Source of the DNA: Actinomycetes bacterium
Lineage (GTDB): Bacteria > Actinomycetota > Coriobacteriia > Anaerosomatales > JAGXFU01
Length of the DNA: 64,000 bases
NCBI GenBank assembly: GCA_024637115.1
Contig: JAGXFU010000008.1
Location: 170,083 to 234,082, forward strand
Direction of reading: 5' to 3'
A program made the translations under genes and the position numbers. Shown in pieces: positions 36,873-45,875 of this stretch. Below the pieces are notes generated by a model. The model was not told where the DNA came from. It was given only the letters and a program-made list of their open reading frames with translations, and made no database searches. The stretch's first letter is position 1; each line of letters opens with the position of its first letter.

Positions 36873-37543
36873 TCGCGCGTAGTACGAGGGCCTCGTCAGA
36901 TGATTCGAAGACTCGTTTCGCCATTCCTAAAGGCGCACTGCTCAAGGACAGTATCGCAGTTCTTGAAGCGGTAGGCGTGGACGTGGCCGGTCTGGCAGAT
37001 CCCGGACGCCAGCTCGTTATTCACGCACCCGAGTTCGAGTTCATCATCGGCAAACCGAGTGACATCCCGATCTATGTCGCGAGTGGAGCTGCGGACGTGG
37101 GTATCTCGGGCAAGGACGTGCTCGAGGAGCTCGACCTTGATGTGGTCGAGATGGTGGATCTCGGGTTCGGTGAGTGCCGTTTCGTGGTGGCCGAGCCCGA
37201 GGACGCGCACGCCAGTATCGAAGAGCAGTATGCCCATCTGGGCGTGATCAGGGTTGCAACCAAATATCCGCGCGTTACCGAGGCATACTTCGCCGACCGA
37301 GGCGTGCAGGTGGAGATCGTCAAGCTCAATGGGAACATCGAGATAGCACCGCTCATCGGCATCGCCGATCAGGTTGTCGACATCACGCAGACCGGGACAA
37401 CGTTGCGCGAGAATCAACTCAAGATCGTGGCCGAAGTGATGGAATCGAGTGCACGGTTCATTGCCAATCCGGTCGCTCTTCGAACGAGTGGCGAGCGAGT
37501 CACCGGGCTGGCGAATCTACTCGCTGAGGCGGTTTCGAGATAG
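36869..37543 (+). CDS. hisG: ATP phosphoribosyltransferase, short form
   Basis: ATGA overlap with hisZ. 224 aa with RFAIPKGAL and DIVDITQTGTTLREN motifs. Confidence 0.9.
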   Translation: MIARSTRASSDDSKTRFAIPKGALLKDSIAVLEAVGVDVAGLADPGRQLVIHAPEFEFIIGKPSDIPIYVASGAADVGISGKDVLEELDLDVVEMVDLGFGECRFVVAEPEDAHASIEEQYAHLGVIRVATKYPRVTEAYFADRGVQVEIVKLNGNIEIAPLIGIADQVVDITQTGTTLRENQLKIVAEVMESSARFIANPVALRTSGERVTGLANLLAEAVSR

Positions 37544-37667
37544 CGCAGTGCGCCCGTGTGGAGGTTCGGCAACAGCACCACGATTGCGTTTCGCATGCAG
37601 GTAGAATGGACACGGCGCTCGCACTGCGAGCGGCTCGTACTACGAGAAGAGAACGCCAGAGAAAGGC

Positions 37668-39005
37668 GTGAGATACCACATGCTTCGACACATAGAACTC
37701 CAGAGAGGCGAGCGGCTCAACGAGAAGTCACTCGCACGTTCGGGCGGAGTCGACGCCGAGATTATCGCTGCGACATCTCGCATCGTTGACGACGTACGCG
37801 ACCGTGGCGACGCTGCGGTTCTTGAGTACACGGCCAGGTTCGACAAGGTAGAACTCACCGCGATGCTCGTTACCGAAGACGAGATCGAGATGGCCATCGC
37901 GCAGGTCGACGATGAGTTTCTCGACGCGATTTCCGTTGCTGCGGGAGCCATCGCCGATTTCCATGCCCGCCAGGTGACTCAGTCGTGGTTCACCACGCAA
38001 GAGGGCGGCGTGTTCCTCGGTCAGAAGGTGACTCCGATTCGTCGTGTCGGCATCTACGTCCCCGGGGGTCGTGCGTGCTATCCGTCCAGCGTGCTCATGA
38101 ACGCCATCCCGGCGCAGGTCGCAGGTGTCGATGAGATCGTCATGGTGGTGCCGCCGGATGCCGATGGCACCGTGAATCCCCACACACTGGCGGCTGCACG
38201 CGAAGCCGGTGTCGAGGAGATCTACAAGATCGGTGGTGCGCAGGCCGTTGCAGCGCTCGCATACGGAACGGACACGATTCCGCGTGTCGACAAGATCGTG
38301 GGTCCGGGCAATGCGTTCGTCACTGCGGCAAAGAAGCTCGTGATGGGTGAGTGTGGCATCGACATGCTCGCCGGTCCATCCGAGGTGCTCGTGCTTGCCG
38401 ATGAGACCGCGATACCGCATTTTGTCGCAATCGACCTCATGGCGCAGGCCGAGCACGATCCTCGCGCTGCAACCTACCTTGTGACCACGGACCCGGAACT
38501 ACCGGCGGCGGTCGAGGATGCGCTGGATACCCTGCTTGAGCTGTCGCCTCGCGGAGAGATAACCCGTCGCTCGCTCGAGGACAACGGCGTGTCGATTCTG
38601 TGCCCGGACATCGTGGCGGCTCTCGACACGGTCGATTTGATTGCGCCGGAACACCTCGAGATTCAGATGGCGGAGCCGTTTGAGATCCTCGGCTCGATTC
38701 GCAATGCGGGAGCTATCTTCCTCGGTCCCTGGACGCCTGAGTCAGTGGGTGACTATGTGGCCGGTCCCAACCATGTCCTGCCCACGGGCGGAACTGCTCG
38801 TTTCTCAAGCCCCCTGTCGGTCGATGACTTCGTTAAGAAGTCGAGCGTGCTGTCGTACAGCTACGAAGCGCTCGAGATGGATGGGCCCACGGCGATGATC
38901 ATGGCCGAGCGTGAGGGACTCTGGGCGCACGGCACGGCAGTCGCGCTCAGGCTCGAAGCCCTCGAGGATATCGCCGGAGACTTCATCGATGCGGAGGATG
39001 AGTAG
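37668..39005 (+). CDS. hisD: histidinol dehydrogenase
   Basis: Carries the motifs GGAQAVAALAYGT, QAEHD and HVLPTGGTARF. The start is GTG 37668 or ATG 37680. Confidence 0.9.
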   Translation: MRYHMLRHIELQRGERLNEKSLARSGGVDAEIIAATSRIVDDVRDRGDAAVLEYTARFDKVELTAMLVTEDEIEMAIAQVDDEFLDAISVAAGAIADFHARQVTQSWFTTQEGGVFLGQKVTPIRRVGIYVPGGRACYPSSVLMNAIPAQVAGVDEIVMVVPPDADGTVNPHTLAAAREAGVEEIYKIGGAQAVAALAYGTDTIPRVDKIVGPGNAFVTAAKKLVMGECGIDMLAGPSEVLVLADETAIPHFVAIDLMAQAEHDPRAATYLVTTDPELPAAVEDALDTLLELSPRGEITRRSLEDNGVSILCPDIVAALDTVDLIAPEHLEIQMAEPFEILGSIRNAGAIFLGPWTPESVGDYVAGPNHVLPTGGTARFSSPLSVDDFVKKSSVLSYSYEALEMDGPTAMIMAEREGLWAHGTAVALRLEALEDIAGDFIDAEDE

Positions 39006-40142
39006 ATGGATCGGATCAGAGATCCACGCCCCGAGCTCGAATTCCTCACCCCGTATGACGCAAAAGACATCAAGGCCGATGTCGTCCTGGCGAGCAACGA
39101 GCATCCCGACAATATTCCGGGTGAGATTCTCGAATGGTTCGCCGAGCGGCTTCCGCGTTTTCCGTTCAACCGCTATCCGGATCCGACCGCCAAGGAGCTT
39201 CGGAAACTGGTCGCTGAGGCGAACGGTCTTGACGCGGAGAACATCCTTGTCGGCAACGGTGGCGATGAGCTGATCTTTGACATCTTGCTGGCCTGGGGCG
39301 GACCGGGGCGCAAGCTGCTCGACATGCCGCCAACATTTGCGATGTATGGGATCGACGCCCAGGTCACCGGCACGGAGGTCGTGAGCATCCAGCGCAAGGC
39401 TGATTTCGCAGTCGACGAGGAAGCGGTGATCGCGCGTCTTAGTGAGGGCGACATCGATATCGTCATGATCGCGCATCCCAACAATCCGACAGGCAATATC
39501 TCGCCGGAGACGTTCCTGATCGACGTGCTTAACACCACAGATGCACTCGTCCTCGTGGACGAGGCGTACTTTGAGTTCAGTCGCCATACGATGCGTCCGC
39601 ACATGGAGCGTCATCCGAACCTGGTGATCCTCAGGACCTTTAGCAAGGCATTCTCGCTTGCGGGCATGCGCGTGGGCTACATCCTCGGCCAGGAGAGCGT
39701 GATTCGCGAGATCATGAAAGTGCGCCAGCCGTACTCGGTCAACGCGTTCTCACAGTGGGTGGCGACCAAGGTATTCCGCGAGCGAGTCGTCTTTCAGTCC
39801 GAGATCCGCGAGCTCATGCGGGAGCGTGACCGATTGCTGCACGGTCTCGAAGAGCTGCAGGGGGTCGAGTCGTTTCCGACCGAGGCGAACTTCGTCTTGT
39901 TCAAGGTCGAACAGGCAGGGGCGCTCTGGCGCGACCTGCTACACAGCCACTCGGTGCTCATCCGTGACTTCTCACGTGTTCCCGGCCTCGAGGATTGCCT
40001 GCGCGTCACGGTCGGTTCCACCGAGGAGAACACACGCTTTCTTGAGGCGATGCGCGACATCCTCACACAGCGTCGGCAGGCACAGATCATGACCAACGGC
40101 GCACACGCGCGCCACGGTTCGGCGGGGGAGCTGGGGTACTGA
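39006..40142 (+). CDS. hisC: histidinol-phosphate aminotransferase
   Basis: Class II aminotransferase with PLP lysine context [15 protein letters not shown]. It lies in the his operon. Confidence 0.9.
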   Translation: MDRIRDPRPELEFLTPYDAKDIKADVVLASNEHPDNIPGEILEWFAERLPRFPFNRYPDPTAKELRKLVAEANGLDAENILVGNGGDELIFDILLAWGGPGRKLLDMPPTFAMYGIDAQVTGTEVVSIQRKADFAVDEEAVIARLSEGDIDIVMIAHPNNPTGNISPETFLIDVLNTTDALVLVDEAYFEFSRHTMRPHMERHPNLVILRTFSKAFSLAGMRVGYILGQESVIREIMKVRQPYSVNAFSQWVATKVFRERVVFQSEIRELMRERDRLLHGLEELQGVESFPTEANFVLFKVEQAGALWRDLLHSHSVLIRDFSRVPGLEDCLRVTVGSTEENTRFLEAMRDILTQRRQAQIMTNGAHARHGSAGELGY

Positions 40143-40143
40143 C

Positions 40144-40731
40144 ATGAAGCGAAACGCAAAAATCACGCGAAAGACGAGAGAGACCGACATCTCGATAGTT
40201 CTCGACCTGGATGGCACGGGTGAGGTCTCGGTTGAGACGGGTGTGCCGTTCTTTGATCACATGCTCGATGCATTTGGACGACACGCTCTGTTGGACCTCA
40301 CAATCAGTGCCTCCGGTGATCTCGATGTCGATGCACACCACACCGTAGAAGACGTTGGCATTGTGCTGGGTCAAGCGCTCGAGGAAGCGCTTGGCGACAA
40401 GAAGGGTGTACGTCGCTTTGGGTCAGCGGCTATTCCCATGGACGAGGCATGTGTGCTCGCAGCCATCGATCTATCGGGCCGTGGAGGCCTTGTGTATCAG
40501 ATCGACCTGCCGATCGAGTTCATTGGCTCGTTTGATACCACGCTTGCCAAGGAGTTCTTGACGGCGTTGGTCATGAACGCGGGAATCACCCTGCATGTGC
40601 ACATGCTTTCGGGTGAGAACAGTCACCACATCGTCGAGGCGGTGTTCAAGGCACTCGCCCGCGCTCTGTACGAGGCCGTTTCTCCCGACCCTCGGGTGAG
40701 CGGCGTGCCTTCCACCAAGGGTTCGCTCTAA
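40144..40731 (+). CDS. hisB: imidazoleglycerol-phosphate dehydratase
   Basis: 195 aa with the motifs [19 protein letters not shown] and [14 protein letters not shown]. It is monofunctional, with no phosphatase domain. Confidence 0.95.
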   Translation: MKRNAKITRKTRETDISIVLDLDGTGEVSVETGVPFFDHMLDAFGRHALLDLTISASGDLDVDAHHTVEDVGIVLGQALEEALGDKKGVRRFGSAAIPMDEACVLAAIDLSGRGGLVYQIDLPIEFIGSFDTTLAKEFLTALVMNAGITLHVHMLSGENSHHIVEAVFKALARALYEAVSPDPRVSGVPSTKGSL

Positions 40732-40769
40732 CAACACGACATGCCGACCTGTACGTAGGGAGAATCCAC

Positions 40770-41393
40770 GTGATCGCGATCATCGACTACAAGATGGGGA
40801 ATCTGCGCAGCGTGCAGAAGGGTTTTGAGCACGCTGGTGTCGTTGATGTTCGTGTGACCGACGACCCCGCGGTGGTTGAGGCGGCCGACGGCGTCGTGCT
40901 TCCGGGTGTGGGGGCGTTTCGCGATGCGAGCCGCAACCTCAAAGCCAGTGGCCTGTGGGATATCGTTGTCAGACGGGTGCGCGAAGGCACGCCGTTCCTT
41001 GGTATCTGTCTCGGCATGCAGCTTCTCGCCGATGTCGGGCTCGAAGATGGTGAATGGGAAGGACTTGGGCTCGTGGCCGGGACGTGCGAACGGATTCCCG
41101 GGGGAGTCAAGATTCCGCACATTGGGTGGAACACGGTTCAGTACCCGCGGGAGAGCCCGCTGTTCGCGGGTATTCCGCACGATACGGCCTTCTATTTCGT
41201 ACACTCCTACCATCTGAACCCGACGGATGCTTCCTGTATCATCGGAAACGTTGAATACGGAGTGCAGTTTGCAGCTGCGGTCCAGGTGACTCCGAGAGCG
41301 TTCGCTGTGCAGTTTCATCCGGAGAAGTCCTCGGACGCAGGGCTGCATCTGTTGGCGAATTTCGGTCGAATCGTGGAGGAGAACACAGAGTGA
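40770..41393 (+). CDS. hisH: imidazole glycerol phosphate synthase, glutamine amidotransferase subunit
   Basis: Carries IAIIDYKMGNLRSV, the GICLGMQLL catalytic Cys and FHPEKS. Confidence 0.95.
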   Translation: MIAIIDYKMGNLRSVQKGFEHAGVVDVRVTDDPAVVEAADGVVLPGVGAFRDASRNLKASGLWDIVVRRVREGTPFLGICLGMQLLADVGLEDGEWEGLGLVAGTCERIPGGVKIPHIGWNTVQYPRESPLFAGIPHDTAFYFVHSYHLNPTDASCIIGNVEYGVQFAAAVQVTPRAFAVQFHPEKSSDAGLHLLANFGRIVEENTE

Positions 41394-42121
41394 AGATATT
41401 TCCCGCAATCGATATCCTCGACGGCAAAGCGGTACGGCTTTATCAGGGCCGCCTCGATTCCGTGAAGGTCTACCACGATGACCCTGTTGAGCAGGCGCGC
41501 ATCTGGGCGGATCAAGGCGCCGAGTGGATTCACGTGGTCGATCTCGACGGCGCAGTGCTTGGGCGGCCGGCGAATGCGGAGGTCATCGAGCGCATCGTCA
41601 AAGCCGTGAGCGTCCCGATTCAGACCGGCGGCGGAATCCGTTCGATGGACACGCTGGAGCGACTGTGTGATGCGGGCGTATCCCGAGCAGTCCTCGGAAC
41701 GGCTCTCGTGACGCAGCCGGATTTCGTGAGTGAGGCGTGCGCGACATTCCCGGGCATCGTTGCCGGAATCGATGCGCGCGACGGCAAGGTGGCGATCGAG
41801 GGCTGGAAGCAGGGTACCGAGCACGGCGTGCTCGAGCTCATTCACGAGTTGGAACTCCTCGGCGTGCGCCGGGTGGCGTACACCGATATCTCCAAAGACG
41901 GCACCCAGGGCGGCATCAACTACGGCGCGTACCGTGCGCTCGTTGATCAGATCGACATCCCCGTCATAGCTAGCGGCGGCGTTGCGACTCTCGATGATAT
42001 CCGCGACCTCGTTTCGATCGGCGATCGGGTCGAGGGCGTCATTGTCGGCACCGCGCTCTACGAGAACAACTTCACGCTCGACCAGGCTATCAACGCCGGT
42101 CGCGGCTCCGGGGAGGAGTAG
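41390..42121 (+). CDS. hisA: 1-(5-phosphoribosyl)-5-[(5-phosphoribosylamino)methylideneamino]imidazole-4-carboxamide isomerase
   Basis: GTGA overlap with hisH. Carries IFPAIDILDGKAVRL and IASGGV motifs. Confidence 0.9.
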   Translation: MKIFPAIDILDGKAVRLYQGRLDSVKVYHDDPVEQARIWADQGAEWIHVVDLDGAVLGRPANAEVIERIVKAVSVPIQTGGGIRSMDTLERLCDAGVSRAVLGTALVTQPDFVSEACATFPGIVAGIDARDGKVAIEGWKQGTEHGVLELIHELELLGVRRVAYTDISKDGTQGGINYGAYRALVDQIDIPVIASGGVATLDDIRDLVSIGDRVEGVIVGTALYENNFTLDQAINAGRGSGEE

Positions 42122-42127
42122 ACCCCC

Positions 42128-42895
42128 GTGCTCACAAAGCGTGTGATTCCGTGCCTCGATGTTCACGAGGGACGCGTCGTCAAGGGCATCAACTTCGTGA
42201 ACCTGCGCGACGCCGGTGATCCCGTTGAGCTCGCTGCTGCGTACGACAAAGAGGGCGCCGACGAACTCGTATTCCTCGATATCACCGCCACGCACGAGGA
42301 CCGTCCCTACATGCTCGACGTGGCCACGAGAACTGCCGAGGAGGTATTCATCCCCTATACGGTTGGCGGGGGGATGCGTTCTGCGGCTGATATCCGTGCA
42401 ATGCTCGCTGCGGGGTGTGACAAGACGTCGCTGAACTCCGCTGCTGTCAGCAATCCTGCATTGGTGAAGGAAGCTGCGCTCATCTATGGCTCGCAGTGCA
42501 TCGTTGTGGCCATCGATGCGCGTCGCGTACCGGGCTCCTCGCCGGCGCGCTGGGAGGTCTTCACTGCGGGCGGGCGCAACAACACGGAGATCAATGCGGT
42601 CGAGTGGGCGCGCGAGGTCGAGCGACTTGGCGCCGGAGAGATCCTGCTCACCAGTATGGATTGCGACGGCACCAAGGATGGCTACGACATCGAGCTGACT
42701 CGTGCGATCACGAGGGCGCTCAACATCCCTGTCATTGCCAGCGGGGGCGCCGGAGAGCTCGATCACTTTGCAGAGGTTGTGGCCGAAGCGGATGCAGATG
42801 CGGTGCTTGCGGCGAGCGTGTTTCACTTTGGCGAGTTCTCAATCAGACAGGTCAAGGAACACATGCGCAGCCACGGTATTCCCGTGCGCCTGTAA
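42128..42895 (+). CDS. hisF: imidazole glycerol phosphate synthase, cyclase subunit
   Basis: Carries [35 protein letters not shown] and ASGGAG. Confidence 0.95.
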   Translation: MLTKRVIPCLDVHEGRVVKGINFVNLRDAGDPVELAAAYDKEGADELVFLDITATHEDRPYMLDVATRTAEEVFIPYTVGGGMRSAADIRAMLAAGCDKTSLNSAAVSNPALVKEAALIYGSQCIVVAIDARRVPGSSPARWEVFTAGGRNNTEINAVEWAREVERLGAGEILLTSMDCDGTKDGYDIELTRAITRALNIPVIASGGAGELDHFAEVVAEADADAVLAASVFHFGEFSIRQVKEHMRSHGIPVRL

Positions 42896-42906
42896 GAGGA
42901 GGCACT

Positions 42907-43275
42907 ATGGATCGCGAGAGAGACCCTTTGAGCCCTGACGATCTCAAGTTCGATGATGCAGGCCTCATTCCCGCCGTCATCCAACAGTTCGACACTCACG
43001 AGATCCTGATGGTCGCGTACATGAACCGAGAGTCGGTCGAAAAGACGCTGGAGACCGGCAAGACCTGGTTCTGGAGCCGCAGTCGTCAGAAGTACTGGAT
43101 GAAAGGCGAATCCAGCGGTCACACGCAGGAAGTCAAAGACGTGTTGTACGATTGCGACGCGGATTGCCTTCTCGTGTTTGTCGACCAGACCGGCGTTGCG
43201 TGTCACACCGGCAACCGCACGTGCTTCTATCGATCGCTCGCGCATCCCGAAAACGACGTGTGCCCAGCCCCATAG
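42907..43275 (+). CDS. hisI: phosphoribosyl-AMP cyclohydrolase
   Basis: ATG at 42907 sits behind AAGAGGAGG. Carries GLIPAVIQQ...[16 protein letters not shown] and [15 protein letters not shown]. The track ORF (from 42496) is an out-of-context extension across hisF. Confidence 0.9.
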   Translation: MDRERDPLSPDDLKFDDAGLIPAVIQQFDTHEILMVAYMNRESVEKTLETGKTWFWSRSRQKYWMKGESSGHTQEVKDVLYDCDADCLLVFVDQTGVACHTGNRTCFYRSLAHPENDVCPAP

Positions 43276-43308
43276 TGAGGCCGGGCAGGTATTTGGAGGC
43301 GTTTCTGT

Positions 43309-43650
43309 ATGAGTGACAATTCGCTTGACGCGCTCGGGGCGCCGACTCCCGCCGCACAGCCGACTGTGGGCGATGTTCTGCCGGCCCTCTATGAGGTTCT
43401 CGAAAAGCGCAAGCGCGACATGCCCGAGGAGAGTTACACCGCCAAGTTGCTGCTCGGTCACGAGGACAAGCTCCTCAAGAAGATCGGCGAGGAGGCGACG
43501 GAGGTTGTCATGGCCGCGAAAGACGGGAGCCACGATCAACTTCGCTACGAGATCGCTGATCTGATCTATCACCTCATGGTGGTTATGGTGCGGTGGGACC
43601 TCACCCTCGATGAACTTGCCGAGGAGCTCGACGGGCGCCGTCGCAAGTAG
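43309..43650 (+). CDS. hisE: phosphoribosyl-ATP pyrophosphatase
   Basis: 113 aa with SYTAKLL...KIGEEATEVVMAAK...EIADLIYHLMV. Confidence 0.9.
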   Translation: MSDNSLDALGAPTPAAQPTVGDVLPALYEVLEKRKRDMPEESYTAKLLLGHEDKLLKKIGEEATEVVMAAKDGSHDQLRYEIADLIYHLMVVMVRWDLTLDELAEELDGRRRK

Positions 43651-43668
43651 CACGACCGGGGGAGCACT

Positions 43669-44817
43669 GTGGCGGACTACCAGGTACGCAAGAAGCACAT
43701 CGAGCCGCTCTGGGATCGCGTCGATCGCAATCGGATCGGGCTCGCAATCTTCCTGCTTCTGTTCTTCGTCGGAATGTCCCTCTTTGTCGCCCTGCTGCTC
43801 TTTGCGTTCGTGGCCTGTCTCGATGTGGCGATCGCCCTCGTCTTTGCGTTCTTTGCCGAGGAGTTCGCTCGCTCGGGAATCGGGCTTGGGGCCATTCTGC
43901 AAATCTGGGGGTACTTCCCCCATATGGTCGCAGTCTCAGCACTGGCGGTGGTCGGATATATGGCGTGGTCGCTTGGGCGGGATGAGCGTTGGTTTGCCCG
44001 ACGTATGCATGCCAAGATCGCTCCCAAGGGCGAAATGCTGACCACCAAGTACGCGCTCAAAGACATGGCGATCGCGAGCGGGTTTGACGTGGCTCCGGCT
44101 CTCTATGTACTTGAGACCGACAATGTGAACGCGTTCGTATTCCAACACGGCAAGCGCAGGGCGGTTGTTGGGGTGACGCGTGGGCTGACCACGCGGCTGA
44201 GCGAAGGGGAGCAGCGCGCGGTCTTTGCCAACCTCATGGCCCGTCTCAGGGGCGGGGATATGCTCTGGGCGAGTATCATGACCGCGCTCATGTCACCCTT
44301 GTGGTACTTCTACGAGAAGCCTCTGGGAGATGCTGAGATCATTCAGTTCAAGGAATATCGGGATCCCGAATCCGGACGGCTTGTGACCCAGCCTCTAGGC
44401 GTGGCTTCCATCATGTACTCACCGCTGTCCGCAGTGCCCGTGTTCGCATTCGTCACGGTGTTCGTGGTGCTCTCCGAACTGCTCGCGTTCGGGCACCGCC
44501 GCTCCCAGCTCCGGCACGCCGAGGTGGCCGATGCCGAGGGGATGCTGCTCCTCAAGGACCCGCACTCAATGCTGTCAGCACTCGAGAAGTCGGTACGCTT
44601 CAACAACTTTGTGCCAACGGCCGGACCGGGTATGACCCAGTTGTTCTATGCGTGGACCGGAGACTCGAGTACGGATGACGATCAGGATCCCGAGATGCGC
44701 AGAGTCGTACGATTGCGCGAGGTTCTGGGAGTAGAAGGAATGGCACCACCGGCAGTCAAGCCGAACGTGCCAGAGTTCCTCGTGGCACCAGCAGCGCCGC
44801 GTCTTGGGCGCGACTAG
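43669..44817 (+). CDS. M48/HtpX-like integral membrane protein with degenerate active site (HExxH replaced by ANLMA)
   Basis: Has several TM helices. The block NAFVFQHGKRRAVVGVTRGLTTRLSEGEQRAVFANLMARL is collinear with the M48 pattern NAFa...v.vt.GLl..l...E..aVlaHElgHi. The two His and the Glu are substituted (44227-44241). Confidence 0.55.
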   Translation: MADYQVRKKHIEPLWDRVDRNRIGLAIFLLLFFVGMSLFVALLLFAFVACLDVAIALVFAFFAEEFARSGIGLGAILQIWGYFPHMVAVSALAVVGYMAWSLGRDERWFARRMHAKIAPKGEMLTTKYALKDMAIASGFDVAPALYVLETDNVNAFVFQHGKRRAVVGVTRGLTTRLSEGEQRAVFANLMARLRGGDMLWASIMTALMSPLWYFYEKPLGDAEIIQFKEYRDPESGRLVTQPLGVASIMYSPLSAVPVFAFVTVFVVLSELLAFGHRRSQLRHAEVADAEGMLLLKDPHSMLSALEKSVRFNNFVPTAGPGMTQLFYAWTGDSSTDDDQDPEMRRVVRLREVLGVEGMAPPAVKPNVPEFLVAPAAPRLGRD

Positions 44818-44957
44818 CGGCGGGGGAGCTCGATTCGAACATTGAACCCGTTGCCGCCACAGTGGGGGCACTCGGTGGTCTTGATGCGGCCGTCAGACGT
44901 GGTCACAGGGACGTACTTGTTTCCCTTGCAGGCCGGGCATGTCTCTTTGCGGACCAT
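44814..44957 (-). CDS. small zinc-ribbon protein with DnaJ-type CxxCxGxG repeats
   Basis: ATG at 44957 sits behind GGAGG. The 47-aa sequence is MVRKETCPACKGNKYVPVTTSDGRIKTTECPHCGGNGFNVRIELPRR. Confidence 0.5.
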   Translation of the reverse strand: MVRKETCPACKGNKYVPVTTSDGRIKTTECPHCGGNGFNVRIELPRR

Positions 44958-45070
44958 TTGTGACACCTCCGCGTGCGACTTCGTTCCGTCAAGCACATCG
45001 TCTACTAGATGATGTTTGCTTAAGCGAGAATCATGCCGAACTGCGGGATTGCCGTTGCTTCGGAGGTGGG

Positions 45071-45409
45071 CTAGTCAGATGGGGGTGAGTCATCACCTTC
45101 GCGCGCTACGACCAGGAGCAACTCGACGTGGTCGACATAGTCGACACCCTGTTCGACATGGACGAGTTCAAAGAACTCGCACCGACGACAGGTCGCGTAC
45201 TTCTCGTTGAAGTCGCCGCACACAACGCCATTGCAGAGGGTTCCGGGAATCACCCAGCAGGCTCGACCTCCGAATGTGCCGCTGTTGTAGCCGTCAAGAG
45301 AGGTCTTCGTTGCCGCGGTGCACGGGCCGAGTTCCGAGGCTTTGGGGCCCCCCGGCTCGCGCCCGCAGTTCGTGTACTCCCAGCAATTGAGTTTCCCGTT
45401 GGCAGCCAT
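45071..45409 (-). CDS. Cys-rich protein resembling the two-CW domain family
   Basis: ATG at 45409 sits behind GGAAGGG. The sequence is NCWEYTNCGREPGG...GPC...GGRACWVIPGTLCNG..CG......CRRCEFF, with two CW dipeptides and eight Cys. Confidence 0.55.
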   Translation of the reverse strand: MAANGKLNCWEYTNCGREPGGPKASELGPCTAATKTSLDGYNSGTFGGRACWVIPGTLCNGVVCGDFNEKYATCRRCEFFELVHVEQGVDYVDHVELLLVVAREGDDSPPSD

Positions 45410-45493
45410 GCGGCATCCCTTCCAAAGGTGCGCACTATCCATGATACAAGAGATTCTCCGAGCTCGTCGCGGACGTGCGACGGACGGTCCTTA

Positions 45494-45523
45494 TTGCATG
45501 CGCGCATCAAGCGGTGCTACACT
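45494..45523 (+). promoter_or_regulatory. trp operon promoter (TTGCAT-N18-TACACT with TGC extension)
   Basis: The -35 TTGCAT is at 45494-45499 and the extended -10 TGCTACACT at 45515-45523. Confidence 0.5.
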
Positions 45524-45540
45524 CCTCGGCAATCGAATAC

Positions 45541-45830
45541 ATGCCTGTGACGGGGAGGAGTACCCCGGTCAGCGAAGCATAGAGAGTCGGTGGATGGTGG
45601 AAACCGACATGAGCTGCCGGAGAGAATGGACCCTAGAGGCACCGAGGGCAAAGGCGAACGTGGCCGACTAGTCCCGGCGGATCCCCACCGATAGAAGGGG
45701 CCTGGTATCGGAAGTGCAACTGTTCCCGTACTGCAGGAGCTGAGTGGGTGTGACGTACTGCGTCGCATCAACAAGGGTGGCAACGCGAGAGAAGCTCTCG
45801 TCCCTTGATGGGATGAGGGCTATTTTATTT
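45541..45830 (+). promoter_or_regulatory. T-box riboswitch leader with UGG (Trp) specifier
   Basis: The base is K-turn-like (GCC/GGC plus tandem GA, 45543-45551 with 45634-45640). The specifier loop has GGAGUA (45557-45562) opposite GAA-UGG-A (45624-45630). An 8-bp helix pairs 45565-45573 with 45613-45620. A distal hairpin has a GGUGGAA loop (45586-45608), and stem III is at 45752-45764. The T-box core AACAAGGGUGGCAACGCGAGAG is at 45770-45791, followed by a terminator. Confidence 0.75.
45794..45830 (+). terminator. intrinsic terminator of the T-box leader
   Basis: Stem CTCGTCCC (45797-45804) / GGGATGAG (45810-45817) can be extended by 3 bp. The loop is TTGAT, and the U-rich tail is CTATTTTATTT (45820-45830). 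Confidence 0.7.
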
Positions 45831-45875
45831 GCCCCCGAAAGCACCTGCGCGATGGAGCGCAAGGAGCAACAGAAC

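Noticed and set aside
41315-42826. A 503-aa minus-strand ORF.
   Set aside because: It is antisense to hisA and hisF, which are unambiguous. It has no recognisable domain.
42496-42906. The long upstream extension of the hisI ORF (259 aa in the track).
   Set aside because: The extension overlaps hisF in another frame and translates to Arg/Gly/Cys-rich sequence. The HisI homology begins at ATG 42907, which sits behind AAGAGGAGG.
45744-45875. The N-terminal 44-codon extension of trpE in the ORF track.
   Set aside because: This stretch contains T-box stem III, the T-box core and the terminator with its U-tract. A better start (ATG 45876 behind AAGGAG) lies downstream.
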